Source: Camelus ferus (Eukaryota). Taken from it: a stretch of 64,000 nt of DNA. Positions 1 to 13,100 of this stretch are shown here, one piece after another; position 1 is the first letter of the stretch, and each line of letters begins with the position of its first letter. The stretch covers positions 11,348,001 to 11,412,000 of the forward strand of contig NC_045696.1 in the NCBI RefSeq assembly GCF_009834535.1. Reading direction: 5' to 3'. A model generated the notes under the pieces. It did no database searches. It saw only the letters and a list, made by a program, of their open reading frames with translations, and was not told where the DNA came from. The position numbers were made by a program, and so were the translations under genes.

Positions 1-395
1 TAGGCAAGCTGGAGCTTTCAGGGGAATCTGAAAGGCTTGGTGTATCAAACCACCAAAGTAGGACCAAGAATAGGGAGCTTCTGGAGTTGTCCATGGGAAG
101 TTGCTGTCTGAGTGCATCTGCCACTAAGTCTGACAGTGAGCCTGGGGCCACTGTTGGTCATTGGGATCTACATTCTGGAAGATGAGCTGGATGTGGAACA
201 GAGGAAGCAAGGACAAGCTGAGATCCCTTAGGCACCTCTGTATTTGCTGTTTCAGCATCTAATGATGTTCTGTTGAGATAATTGTGCTGGTTCACTTCTG
301 CCTCGAAATCTTTTTGCAAATCCTGTTTTTGACCAATTTTAGCCCAGAACTATACAGGGAAGAGAATTCTGGAAGTGAAATGTCCAATTTAGTGG
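1..395 (-). mobile_element. Old ERVL-class solo LTR fragment (LTR33/LTR41-like), truncated by the window edge
   Basis: AACTATACAGGGAAGAGAATTCTGGAAG (about 348-375) is the reverse complement of the recalled LTR33/LTR41 5' motif CCAGAATTCCCTTCCCTGTATGGTT. Confidence 0.45.
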
Positions 396-564
396 TCAAT
401 CCAGTACAATTTACTATCTTTGTATCTACACACACCTCTTTAAACTATTACTTCTGTATAAAGACAGTAGAAAAATAATGCTTCCACCTATCTTGATAAA
501 CAACTACATGTGTACAACCAAAACCATGCTAACTTATCACCCAAACAGCGTACATAGTCTCCAG

Positions 565-1395
565 AGTTTTTGATGAGAAATCAGATATATTCAAATCTTT
601 GTTCCCTTATATGTAATAGGTCATTTTCTTCTGGCTTCTTTCAAGATTTTCTCTTTATTTTTATTTTTGGCATTTAACTATGGTGTACCTAGGTATGGGT
701 TTCTTCATATTTATTCATATTTACCCTGTTTAGAATTTGCTGAGCTTCCTCAATCTGTAAATTTATATCTTTCATCAAATTTGGGAAATTTTCATACATT
801 ATTTATTAAGATACTTTCTGTGCCCCAACTTCTCTCACCTCTCTTGAGACTCTAACTATATGTATATTAAATCTGTGATCATTTTTAAACTGGTTCCTGA
901 GGGTCTGTTAATTTTTCAGGATTTTTTCCTGTAGTGTTTTTTTTTTTCCCCAGAATGAACAATTTCTATGGCTCTGTCTTCAAGTCCATTGACTCTGTTA
1001 TTTCCATTCTACTTTCAAGTACATACAACGGACTTTTAATTCCAGATATTGTGTTTTTCAGTTCTAGAACTTCTATTTAGCTCTTTTTTTTATGGCTTCT
1101 AGTTCTCTGTTTTACTTTAAGTCAGTGAATGTAGTTCAAAAGCCATTTAAAAACCCAAGACTGCTAATTTCAACATCTGTTTCATTCCTATTGACTGACT
1201 TATCTCTTGAAATGTCTCTTGAGGCATTTCCTTGGTTCTTCATATGTTGAGTAATTTTTTTCAATTATACCCTGGATATTACAAAGTTTCTGTTGTGGAA
1301 TTCTGGAATTTGTTATATTCTTTCACAGAGAGTTAACTTATTATTTGCTTTCTTTGTTTTAGCATCATAATTTGATTGAACTCAAACTACAAACT
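565..1395 (-). mobile_element. Ancient L1 (L1M-class) ORF1/5' region fragment
   Basis: T-rich antisense L1 ORF1 signatures: TTTGATGAGAAATCAG, CTTCTTTCAAGATTTTCTCTTT, CTTTCATCAAATTTGGGAAATTTTCA. Confidence 0.75.
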
Positions 1396-1444
1396 CCCTT
1401 TTAATGCCCCCAAGCCCTATTCCTGGTATAGCTCTTTTAATTGC

Positions 1445-1603
1445 ATGGCAATTATAGACTTAAGTGTGAATCTCTCCTCTACTAAACTGTAAGCTTGTTG
1501 AAGTTAGTAACTGGGTTTTATTCAACTTTGAGTCCTTCAAGTACAGGTTCGTGTTGCACACAATGAACCTGCTACAGTGCTGAATACATGAATGGAATAA
1601 TGA
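1445..1603 (+). mobile_element. L2 3' end
   Basis: CTAAACTGTAAGCTT...TTTTATTCAACTTTG...TGCTGAATACATGAATGGAATAATGAA, with the L2 TGAA-type tail. Confidence 0.65.
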
Positions 1604-1964
1604 ACCATGTAACCCAGGAAATATCCACCAAACCAGAACACTGTTATGAAGAAGACCCAGGAACCAGGAGGGGAAAGCTGAGAGTCTTTTGTGTATATAT
1701 TAACTTCTATCTTCTGATGCTTGGTGTAAGTTTCAATTGTAATAGATGGTCAAGAATCTGGACCTCAGCTACATTAAATCTTCAATATTTGCATACTCAT
1801 CTATTACTCCCTACAGAGTACACATGATAGCAAAGCCTCATTATAAGAAAATAATTAAAACGCAGATAGTGATTGTTCAATCATTACTTTAGCTGTATTT
1901 CCATACTGTGGAATTAATCTAAAAGGTATAAAAAGAAATCACAATTCAAATCCACAACTCAAGC

Positions 1965-2235
1965 TTATTTTATTCATTTATTCAATGAACATTTGAGCAC
2001 TTGTGTTGTCGCAGGTACTAGATTCCAAAAATACAAAAATTAATGAGTACAGTTCCTGGATAGGGGTGCTAAAGGGGTGAAAATAACACAGAGGTTAATC
2101 ATTTAATCAGTTATTTGTATATTCTACAAATATTTATTGAATACCAATTTTGTGCTGGAAAGTTTACTAAGATCCAGGAATACGATAATGAGAAGACTGA
2201 CAACTCTCTGCCCTCAAGGAACTCAGAGTTTCTCT
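1965..2235 (-). mobile_element. Two adjacent L2 3' end fragments
   Basis: ATTCATTTATTCAATGAACATTTGAGCAC and CAAATATTTATTGAATACC...CTCTGCCCTCAAGGAACTCA, both antisense L2 termini. Confidence 0.65.
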
Positions 2236-2688
2236 AGCAAACATTAACTATAAGATAGGTTTTTTTTTTAATATTGCGGTCTTTCAGGTACTACCCTCAC
2301 TTTTGTTTTCGCCTTTGCCCATACAAAGTGTACTACTAATTCATATTTTATTTGTCTCACTCTTCAAAATCTTAAATCAGTTTAATTTAAAAAGAAAGAA
2401 TATATCACAGATTGGATATGTTATTTACGCTTTTCAAATTCACATTAAAAGTACATGATTATTAAAATACAAAATGACTAAATGCAAAGTACCAAGTGTC
2501 ATATGTTCCACACTCTGGGGAAAACTGCTTCAAGTGTGTTAAATGTTGTTAAAAAGATATTTATAAAGTGCAAAAAGCATAATAGGAATATAAAAGGAGT
2601 TATTAATTCTGTCCATGTTTACAAGGAAGGCTTTGCAGTAAAGTCTCCTTGAGGGGGGTCCCAGGATCCCCTTTATCATTTTATCCTC

Positions 2689-3182
2689 TGTGATAGTTAA
2701 AATAAAGCCCCATCCCAAAGATGTCCACATCCTAACTGGAACTTATAACTATGTTACATTACAAGGTGAATGGGGTGTTAAGGTTGCAGATGGAATTCAA
2801 GTTGCTAATCAGCTGGTTTTAAGATAAAGAAATGATGCTGCATGATCTGGATGGGCCCAGTGTAATCAGTGTAATCAGAAAGGACCTTAAAAGCAGAAGA
2901 GGGAGGCAGAAGATTGTCAGCATGATTTGATTTGGAAAGGACTCTATGGCTGTTGCTGGATGTAAAGACGGAGGAAGGGACCATGAGCCAAGGAAAGCAT
3001 GTGGCCTCTAGAAACCTGGAAAGGCAAGAAAACAGATTCTTCAGAAAGTCATGCAGCCTTGATTTTAGCCCAGTAACCTATGTTGGATTTCAAGCCTACA
3101 GAACTCTAAGATAATCAGTTTGGTTGTTTTAAGTCACTATATTTGTGATCATTTGTTATAGCAGCCATAGGAAACTAATACA
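2689..3182 (+). mobile_element. MaLR solo LTR, MLT1D/E-like
   Basis: TG...CA termini; CCCAAAGATGTCCACATCCTAA at the 5' end; TTTGTTATAGCAGCCATAGGAAACTAATACA canonical MLT1 3' end. Confidence 0.9.
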
Positions 3183-3349
3183 ACCCCTTAGAGTCAGATG
3201 TACCTTAAGCATTGGCTAAAAATCAACCAAAGTGAATGGGGTCTCCTCTCTAAGTTCTTTGGGGGCATGGTCTTCATCTTTCTGTCTGTTATAGACCTAG
3301 CAGCCACAATCACACTTAGAAAATAGTTGGAGGTCAATGACTATTCTGA

Positions 3350-3632
3350 GTGCTCTTGAGGAAGGTGCTATTTGAATTGGCTGCTCAAGAATGGGCTGAA
3401 GTTTCCTAGCCATGGAAATAGAATGAGGAAGGGCTCTGAAGATAGGGTAGCTGCATGAGCATAGACATATATGTTCGTGGTGTGTTTGGAGAAATGAATG
3501 ATCATCTGGCAGAAGAGGATATGCTCAAGGAGAATGAGTGATAACTAATCCAGGGCAGTGGCAGGGAGCAGACCAGGAGGGGCTGTGGGTGGCATGCCAA
3601 GGAGTTTTATTTGAGTCCTGAGGCCATCAGGA
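3350..3632 (-). mobile_element. L2 fragment
   Basis: Purine-rich antisense L2 motifs GAGGAAGGTGCTATTTGA...GGCAGGGAGCAGACCAGGAGGGC...CATGCCAAGGAGTTT. Confidence 0.6.
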
Positions 3633-5480
3633 GTCATGTGTCAATCTCCTTCCATGTGACATTAAAGGTGATATGAGCTTGCACTCTCTCCAAGCTGGTT
3701 TCTTCACAACATCCACTGGAACCTTGAGTTTCTGGAACCAGGATGCTTGCAATTCCTGCAGGAGAAGGCCTGATCTTGTGGGCTTGGGTTCTTGGGCTGG
3801 GGGTCAAGTCTTGCACATCAGGAAAGGCCAGAGAGAAGAAGCCAAGCAGCCTGAGAAGCTGAGTGACCACCCCCCAGGCTCCTTTGAGCTCCCTCCTGGT
3901 GGGAGCTGACGAGCTGTCAAGGTTTCCATCATAAACCCCACACTCCATGTGTTTGCAATGTGGCCACAGAGATGCACATGGGATCAGGGGCTAGGGTGTG
4001 AGGGCTTAGCTCTGGAGGCATTGCTTCCTCTCTTCCTGTGCACTTTCGAGAGAGCTTGTTTTGCTTTCTTAAAGTTATGGCGTTGGAATAAAGGGACTGT
4101 AATGAGTTCCAGATGCTTTTATTTTCCCCCTTCTATAATTGGAAACAAAAATATAGCATGACTTTTAAATGGAAAGTGCCAGAGAGGAATAATGCTTTTA
4201 GCTCTGGGGTTTTAGCTGTGATTTAGAGCCCAGCATGAGGCTGTGGCCGTCATCACCGCACACCAGCTCAGTCACACTGCTCCCTGCAGACCTGGCTGAA
4301 GGCTTTATCTCAGCGCCTGAATGAGGTTCAACTGTGAGTCCTATTTTAAGAAACTCTAATACACAAAACCCAAACTTGCAAAGCAGACAGATTTGGGTAG
4401 AGTGGGCAGCCACGCATTCAAAGGGTGATTGTTTTGCAGACGGCCACTGCCCAGGCCTCTTTTAATTGGGGCTCCCTCAGTGCGCCTAAAAGTTTCCCCA
4501 CACATCATTAATTTTTGAGGAAGGGGACAAAGAACCTTCCAGTTGATGTTCCAAGTGTGAAGTGCCAAGGGAAGATCAATTTAAAAAACCAAGAGACCGA
4601 GAATCTTGAAGTATAAAGTGATCTTAGGGAGAAAGAATGCTTGAATTACCACGGACTCGTTAGCACAACACCCAACTTTTCAGGAGAACTTGAAAGCCAC
4701 TGAGTGAAGACCTGACTCAGAGCCATACTTGGAATTGGATCAGCCTCTCTGGGAGTCAGACAAAGAGATTATCCTAAACGTGCAGGAGGAAACACCTATT
4801 CAGTTTAGACTCAAGCTTCAAGCCCGTTTTGGAAATCTTCCTTCTTCCCTTTGGCCAATTGCTGTTACAAAATGGGATAGTGAGGAAGGCTGGATCTGGG
4901 TTTAGACTGTGGGAAAGCAGTTGACCTCCACTACCAGACATCATAAGTGCAGATTACACTCTCTCTGGGGAGATAATCTTTAACACAAAGCAGATCCCAG
5001 CCCCCGAATCTAAAGCAGCCCAGGACAGGAAGATAAAGCAAATGGCCACTCAATCCAGACGTGATTTGCACAGCACCCTGGTACAAATAGAAATTCTGGA
5101 CCCAAGCGCTGAAATTGAAGACTGGCTTCTTAGCTTTTGTTCGTAGCAAACCAAAGCGTTCAAGCTCTCTTTTGATGCCAAAACTCAGGTCAGTCTTGAC
5201 GAGCAATAGAGATTGACCATCTCTATTATTCTCTCACTCCCTGTTCTCCTGTTGCCTTTTGTATTTTCCTCTTGCAGCTTTGCAAATAAATAGTCCTCAA
5301 CACACTGAGCTGCCATCCATTGAGTACCTGCTCTGTGCTGGCTACCTTACAGGGTACGTGTTATTACTCCCATTCTCCAGCCCCTTACATTGATCAGCCA
5401 ATTTCAAAGCCCAAAGTCTTCTCTTACATTCTGCCTTGTCTAATCATAAGTAACCCGTGATGTGGTCTAAAGAGATTGTT

Positions 5481-5622
5481 CAGTGGTTTTTAACCCTCTT
5501 GCAAATCATACCAAGGTTGGGGCTCCACCCTGGACCTATTAATTCAGAACCTCTGGGGTCTAAGCCTCTGTGTCTCAAATCCGCTCACCAATTCAGAGGC
5601 CCAGTGGGGCTAAGAGCCACTG
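5481..5622. mobile_element. MER5-family non-autonomous hAT-Charlie element
   Basis: Terminal inverted repeats CAGTGGTTTTTAAC and GCTAAGAGCCACTG (11/14 match); internal ACCTATTAATTCAGAACCTCTGGGG. Confidence 0.75.
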
Positions 5623-6414
5623 CAAGAGCGTCTTAGGTGATGAGGCGTTTAAGAAGTGATTTGAGAGCTGACCCCTCTTCAGGGAGATCTCCTCTCTGCA
5701 GTGGGCACTAAAGCCCACCAGCTGCCTCTCATTGGGCCTGAGAAAATAATCAGTGAGACTGTGGCAAAGGCACGCTCCTCATTCCTGACAGGACTCCTGA
5801 CCCTAGTCTACCTTTTCTGACCTTCTGAGTTGGCCGGGTTTCTGGCCCTCCCCTCCGTCCCTGGCTCCTCCTAGTTCTGAAGACCAGAAGGAGCCTCCCA
5901 AGAAGTCTTCCTCGTCCCTGTGGAAAACTTGCGAAGCCCTAATGACATAGAAAATATGGAGGAAAAAGGAGAAAACTGGAGAGTCACCCACTCCTCCCAA
6001 TGCAGGGGAGCCCTCTCCCAAATGTGGGGTGTTCTCAGCTCACCTTCTTCCAAATGGCTGCGATTTGTCTAGTCTCCCAATTTTTCCATTTTGTTGGTGT
6101 CTCCATTCCACTGAGTATTGACAGGACTGAACCTCCAAGGGGAGGTGGAAAAGTTGAGCCTCCAAGCTCATGTGATCTTCCAGGTTTGGAGGATTTCTCA
6201 GGCTCGAACCCCCTAGTCCTCAGAAGCTGGGGACCCCTGGAGATGAGATTCTAAATTCAGACACAAACCTGCTCTTCCTCTCTGGGTGAACTTACTTCAA
6301 GCCTAGTTACCTTTAGAAGGATGCAGAATGCTTGATTTTCCAAAAAACGTCTTCACAGCCATGATTGCCTTCTTGAAATTCAGCTTATGTAAATAATTAA
6401 GGGTGTGCTCCCAC

Positions 6415-6775
6415 AACTGGTTATAAGGGTGTTCACTGCAACATTGATTTTACTTGAGAAAACTTGGAAACAACCTAGATGGCCAATGAGAGAGGATTAG
6501 GTAAATGAGTCACGTCACTACAAAAACCTGTGGTGTACGATTTTGCTCTGGAGCCTGGAAGTTTATTTATTATATTTTAAATGCCAAAAGTGGGTTACAA
6601 AACAACATGCATATTATGATCTCATTCTTGCATCTGGAAAAAATGCAAAGCCAACTATTAATAATCACTATCTCCGGGTGGGGACTGAAGGTGGCTTTTA
6701 TTTCTTCCTTCTTTGTGTGTCTGTATTTTCTAATAATAATAATAAGGAATGCATGCTACTTGTTCAATCGGTATG
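6415..6775 (+). mobile_element. Ancient L1 3' end (L1ME-class)
   Basis: TGTTCACTGCAACATTG...AAAACTTGGAAACAACCTAGATGGCCAA, followed by decayed 3'UTR motifs. Confidence 0.7.
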
Positions 6776-7511
6776 AATCTAACACTGGTGTTGAGTGAGG
6801 ACAGGCGTCTTAAAGGGAGGCAGGAACGAGAGGAAACGTGGGCCCCAGACACGATCTCCAAAGAAATAAAGGCCGTGCCCCCATTCACATCTTACCCCAA
6901 CTCCACTTCCCAACCACCAGTGACGTCACAGTCATGATGTACATTACTCACCACCAAGGCCTTCATATTTTTTAATTAATTAGAAGAGAAAACAAATAGT
7001 ACCAGACTCCACAGTGGCTACACTCTGTCTGAGGTTGCATAAAAGAGTCGTCAGTCTTCAACTGCAAAGAGATCCAACCTCAAAGACTGTTGAACTGGTA
7101 AATAGGCACTTCCTTTTCTGTCCGGACTGGCCGTGGAGGTGGCTTCCCTGGTTGGGAGCGGTCGCGGTAAGAGATGGGTGTCATGCAGAGGGAGTCCCGG
7201 TATCAGTTCATTTCTGCTAAAACTGTCTAACTGTCTTTGGAGACCAGGGTTAGTTCTCTCAGCCAAGTGGTCCTGATAATCCTTCATCCCTGAATGAGGC
7301 TGAATCGTGGCTCTGATAGTGGCCATACTGAACAGCCTCAGGCACCCCTGGGATGCTCTGCCCCATATGATTCCAGCATCTCGGAGCTCCCCACAGTCCG
7401 GCAGAGCCCCCAGGGTGGGGCCTGAGTTTCCCAGTAAAACACACCCATCAGTCCCAACACCTCCCCAGGGGAGTAATAAGGAGAAAAGAGGCCTGGAGTG
7501 TTATTCTAAAG

Positions 7512-7720
7512 TAAGGACCAGCAAACTGCTCCCATGGGCAAACTCTGGCTCCCTGCCTGTTTTTGTAAATGAGTTTTATTGGAACACAGCCACGAGCATT
7601 CATTATGTATCATTTAAGGCTGCTGTCACGCTCCACTAGCGTAGTTGGGGAGTAGTGACAGAAACCGTATGGCCCAGGAAGCCAAATATTGCTGGCCTCT
7701 GCTCTACAGGATGTCTCGCC
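7512..7720 (-). mobile_element. MER58A-like hAT-Charlie element
   Basis: CCTGTTTTTGTAAATGAGTTTTATTGGAACACAGCCAC...GACAGAAACCGTATGGCCC matches the recalled MER58A core. Confidence 0.85.
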
Positions 7721-7845
7721 AGGAAAATGAGACGAGAGGGACATTTCTGGCTACTCCAGGACACACACTCTCCTGATCGTTCTCCCCTCTCTGGCCTGAC
7801 AGTTTGGTTTTGAGTGCCAGTCCTCGGATACTAAAGTTCATTAAG

Positions 7846-8547
7846 ATACATGCACCCCAATTACAATGTTCATAGCAGCACTATTTACAACAGCCAAGAC
7901 ATGGAAGCAAATTACACGTCCATCGACAGATGATTGGATAAGGAAGTTGTGATATGTATATATGCACATATATATACATATATATATGTACCACAGCCTC
8001 TTTATCCAGCACATTATATATATATGTATATTCCATTATATATGTGTATATACACACATATATATATAATGGAATACTACTCAGACATAAAAAAGAATGA
8101 AATAATGCCATCTGAGGCAAAATGGATGGACCTAGAGTTATCATACTAAGTGAAGTAAGTCAGACAGAGAAAGACAAGTATGTGATACCACTTACATGTG
8201 GAAAGTGAAAAAAAATGATTGAAATGACTTTATTTATAAAAACAGAAACAGACTCACCGACATAGAAAACAAACTTATGGTTACCAAAGAGGAAAGGGGG
8301 TGTGGGTTATAAATTAGGAGTTTGGAATTAGTATATACACACTACTATATATAAAATAGATAAACAATAAGGCCCTACCCTATAACACAAGGAACTATAT
8401 TCAGTATCTTGTAATAACCTATAATGGAAAAGAAACTGAAAAAGATATATGTAACTGAATCACTTTGATGTACACCTGAGACAAACACAACATTGTAAGT
8501 CAACTAAGTCAACTTCAATTTAAAAAATTTTTTTAAATAAAAAAATT
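7846..8547 (+). mobile_element. Young lineage-specific L1, 5'-truncated (ORF2 C-terminus plus 3'UTR), inserted into an L2
   Basis: ORF 7934-8149 ends MEYYSDIKKNEIMPSEAKWMDLE (L1 ORF2 C-terminus); A-rich tail; TSD AAGTTCATTAAG (7834-7845) / AAGTTCATCAAG (8548-8559). Confidence 0.95.
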
Positions 8548-8849
8548 AAGTTCATCAAGGTTTGCTCCTCAGCGCCCTCTTCTTGTCATTCTACATTCTC
8601 GAAATCTCAAAGGCCTTCCAAATCACGCAAGCGTTAGCCCAGGGTGACTGTATAATTGATTGCTCCAAACCAGGGCATTTGGGGGAATAATAATTTCTGG
8701 ACAAGACTTTGAGATAATAGGCATAACTTGGATTGTCTCAGAAAAACTGAGAAGTAAGATCATTTTCGATGAAAACACTAATTATCTTCTTTTCCCCCCA
8801 CCTGGTCCTTCTCAAGAGTTCCCAGTGGTTCTGGCATCACCATCTTGCT

Positions 8850-9587
8850 CTTGGTACCAATGAGAAACCCAAGATGTACCCTGTACATCACCCTCTCCTC
8901 ATCACCCGCCTCCAATCCATCACCAGCTCCTACTTCCTACACTTTTTGGAATCCACCCACTTCTAACTCATCTCGGCTGCTACATCCAAGTGCAAACAAC
9001 CATCATACCTCATCTGGGCTTCTCAAGAGCCTCCTCATTGACCTAATGCTACTGACTTCAGCCCCTCCCACTCCCTCTCCATGCAGCAGCCAGACTGAGT
9101 CCTCTGAAACCTCAACCTGATTGGGCCACCCCTGTGCATGAAGCAGGTGGCTCCCCAGGTCTTTAGGACACAGGCTAAGGTTCTTATGCTTGGACCCTAA
9201 GGCCTGCGTGGCCTGTCTTCCATCCTCATCCAATGCCCTTCTTCCTTTCTGCCTTTAGGTAATGCTTGAGAGCTTCCAGAGCCTCCCTGCTTCTAGGTTT
9301 TCCCACAGACAGTTTCCTGTTACTGGAAAGCTCCTTCCCCTATTGGAGCTCAGGTCTCTGTTTAAATCCCACCCCGTCGCTGTCCACACAAGGCCATTAC
9401 CATGTCATCACCTGTCATGCACCCTGTCCTTCTGCCCTCATGGCAGACTCTAATGGAATCAGTGTACTTATTTGCTTACTGACCTGAAGATGGGGTTCGT
9501 GTCTCTTGGCTCACCATTGTATCTCAGCACCTCACTCTGTCAGCACGTGTCGGCACTCAATAAATATCTGTCAAAAGGATAATGGAA
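8850..9587 (+). mobile_element. L2 (L2a-like) 3' portion
   Basis: CCAATCCATCACCAGCTCCT...CTCCATGCAGCAGCCAGA...GGCACTCAATAAATATCTGT. Confidence 0.8.
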
Positions 9588-9646
9588 CAGGACAGTGAGC
9601 CTCCATGGTATCGGAGTCTAGGTCTCAGTTTAGCTGGGATGGAGAC

Positions 9647-10105
9647 TGCTGGTTTTCTGTGGCTGCTGTAACAAACCACCATAAACTTGATCACTTACAA
9701 CAACAAACTTTTCTTTTCTCACCGTTCTGGAGGCCAGGAGTCTGAAATCAAGCTGTCAGCAGAGCCTGTGAGGGCTCCCGGGGAGAGTCTCCTCCAGCTC
9801 CTGGTGGCTGCAGGCTTTCCTTGGCTTGTGGCCACATCACTCCCATCTCCATCTCCACCACACATCACCTCCTCCTCTTCTGCATCAAATCTCCATCCTT
9901 GTGTAAGTGTCTTATAAAGAGGCTTGTGATGGCATTGAGGGCCCATTGGACAATCTCTTCATCTCAAAATCTTCAACTTGAATACATCTACAAAGACCCT
10001 TTCCCCTAATAAGTTCACATTAACAGGGTCCAGGGATGAGGATGCGGACACGTCTCTGCAGCAGGGACGTGCTGAGGGTGGAGCAGGGATGACTTCCACC
10101 TACCA
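9647..10105 (-). mobile_element. MaLR solo LTR, MLT1C/D-like
   Basis: GGCTGCTGTAACAAACCACCATAAACTT...TTCTGGAGGCCAGGAGTCTGAAATCAAG...CCTTGGCTTGTGGCC. Confidence 0.88.
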
Positions 10106-13100
10106 TGGGGACATAGATTGTGGCCCAATAGGAGAAAGGTTGTCTCGGGAAATTCAGGAGAAAATCCCTGCAAACCAGGGGACAGAACAGATTTCGGTGA
10201 CTGTGGGGGGAAAACCTTCCTATGACGCTTCCCACCAGGGTCAAAACAGACACCATTATGGTCCCCTCCCCATTCTTGCCTTCTCTGCCCACAAACAAAG
10301 ACCGCTTCCCCGGGCAGAGAGCTCAGATGAGAGCCACTCCTATCCAGCCGCTGGGACTCATGCCTGACGAGTCAGTGGAAATGAGCCAGATTTGCTCCAT
10401 CATGTTGGGCAAAAAGCTTCATCTCAGGTAGCCTCAGTTTCCCCAATGATAAATCAAGTTCCCTCTTCTCAAGGGAGTGATTAAGATGTCTTCCTGTCAT
10501 TTCTCATGCATCCTGGGACAGTAGTGTTAATATAAAGCGTCACTGTATTTACCAAGCTAGCTCTCCGCAAGGACTGAATCTTGTTTTCAAGGCTACTTCT
10601 TACAGCTGTGAACTCTCCAGCTGCTTTTAAAAATAACAACAAAAATCCACCTCCAGACGGCTCAGTCACCACACATCCTGTCTTTTCAACTTTCAGGAGG
10701 TGTCGCCTTCAACTTTTCCTTGACGTGCACCAGAATCACATCTATCTTAAACCACACCAAGGGACAGGTCCTCTGTGGGCCAGGACTGTAGAGCATCTTT
10801 TGAAAGGCGTAGGTTCCAGAAACAAAGAAAAGTGTGCAAACATAGCAGCCTGGCCAGAAACAAATGCTACTGTATTTTTAGAAGACTGAGTTCTTTCATT
10901 TTAGAGAATGAGTCTAATTTGATTTCTGTAAACCCAGTCGTCCATCTATGGTTTAAGTTAGACTGAGCATCTTGCGCTTATTATGAGCAGCCTTCAGAAA
11001 CGGCGAGGCTTCTGAGCGTGCTATTTATGAGGGAGAATTGGGGTGAGGTTCCCTTTTTGGCAACGGGTAAAAATAAAGATTTTTCTCCCGAGCGGGCCCC
11101 TCTCAGAATCCAGCCTGCTGCGAGGTCTACACTGGGCACACGTGCACAGCATATGTCTCTGAAGAGAGGGTATGAATCACTCTGTCTGCCTCTGCTCTGG
11201 GGAGTTTTACATCATGCTGCTTCTCCAACATGTAAAGTAGATGTTTGATTTTCTGGGAAGGAGGTTATAGATATTTTTTGCAGTAAAATATGAACAGTGA
11301 ACATAGTCAGTCCCCACCGTGAGGACCTATGAAAAACAAAGTAAGAGACGACCATCAGATAACTTCCCCACCATGGGGAGCTTCCAGACCCTTTTCCTGT
11401 GGGCGGCAGGGTGGTGGCCACCTCGTGAGAAGGTGAGGTCATTCCTTCAATTGGCAAAAGATTTTGGAAGCCTTCCCATGTGCATCAGGGAAGCACTGGG
11501 GTCCCATAGAAAACAATGAGCTGGGTGGCATAGCGAGTGTTGTCTTTTAATGAAGCGAGTCATCCCAAGCTTTCCCAAAGTCACAGTCCTAACAGTGAAC
11601 TGGTTCTTGATGGTACAGAAGCAACATTTCAACCTTCACGTGCACAGGGGGCCATTCCTCCCTATTCATTGCAGGTAAGGAGGGCTGACCTCGTCCAGCT
11701 TTCACTTTGGGAACTCCAAGACTTTCCTGGAGGTTTGGAGAGATTCTGGGACTTAAAGAGAATCAAATCTGGTATCTGCTGGAACCTGACTCCTCCAGAA
11801 CCCCACAGGTGTAGGCTCAAAGCTACTCAGTCTCCTGGGGCCATCCTGGGCATGTTTGCAGTCTGCCAGGTCCCAGGGGACCTGGAGGTGCCAAAGCTCT
11901 ACGCTGCTGTAAAGGTCTGAGGGTGTCCTTGAAGCCCAGGACTCGGGGAAAACGACCAAAATGGGTCGATCCGACCAGAGCCCAAACACAAGAGCCTGGA
12001 GGCGGCTGGTGATGCTTCGCGGCCCGTTCCCTCCCGTTGAGGCATGAAATGTCTGAGGCTCTTGGGGTTGTGCTGCAGGGAGGACAGAGTGAGAGGCAGT
12101 CAAGCCCCCCACCCCCAGACCACGCGGGAGGGAGAGGGCCGATGCTGGTGAGGGCCAGTTGCTAAAGGGGAATAGGGTTGTGCGCAGACGTCCTGGGCCT
12201 GGACGTGCTGAAGACATGCCTGCGGGTGGAGCCGTGGGGAGGGGGGGCGGGTGCTGGCTCAGCGAGAAGGAGCCTTCGAAGGACTTGCCCTGGCCCCCCA
12301 CTGCTCCTTGGGGATCCTGTGTGTGCTGGTGGACGTGAGGGTGGGTGGGACAGGAGACGCGAAATGGGGAGACCCCAACTGGACACATCAGGCTTCAACG
12401 CCTGCATCTGCGGCTCTGCTGCAGGAAGGAACCCTTTCACTCAGATGGTTTCTCACGCAATCCTGCCGTGTTCTCACCAGTGCCTATTCTTACCCGCCTC
12501 GATCTCCACTCCAATCCTCACTAGAACTCCAAGCTTCCCCTCTTCCCTCCAAAAAAAAGATGTTTCATGAAAAAGTCATCAGCTGAAATCTTCCATCTTG
12601 GGAACAGGTAACTCAGAGGCTGGGCTGAGATGGGGCATCCGGCTCCCTCCCAGGGATGGCGAGTCTGCCTCTCCTCCTTCCACAAGGTCCTCGCCAGGAT
12701 CCCTTGTCTCTGCAGTCACTTAGGGTTTTCCAGCTCCGTCACAGAATGGCCTCATCCCTCGGGCTCACGTGGAATTCTCTGGAACATAGCATGCAGACTG
12801 ACAAAGCCTCTGGAGATGCTTCTCCAAGCACAGACCTAGACGGATCCCGTGCCAGGCCCTCTGTTGTTTCTAGTCAGGCATATGTTGAGTCTGATTAGGG
12901 TTCAAGCTGCCTTCCTGGCGACACCTTCCAGAGTGGCAGCCCTCCAAACCATCCCTTCTTTCCCTCTTCTTCTTCTGGAACCTGCAGATGCTGCTTCTGC
13001 AGGAGTAGGCTTGGGGTCATAGGGACACCTCCCCACTGCCTGTGAATGGAGCATCCTGAGTCGGTGGGGGGAGTTTCTGGCCCTTTGCTCTGTTCTGGGC

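Noticed and set aside
4290..4333. Possible 44-nt exon (CAG|...|GTGAGT) reading TWLKALSQRLNEVQ
   Set aside because: Weak polypyrimidine tract, no recognised homology and no partner exons. Indistinguishable from chance.
11753..12388. Longest ORF in the window (211 aa, minus strand)
   Set aside because: Pro/Ser/Gly-rich with no recognisable domain, and overlapped by similar ORFs on both strands. This is expected by chance in GC-rich DNA.
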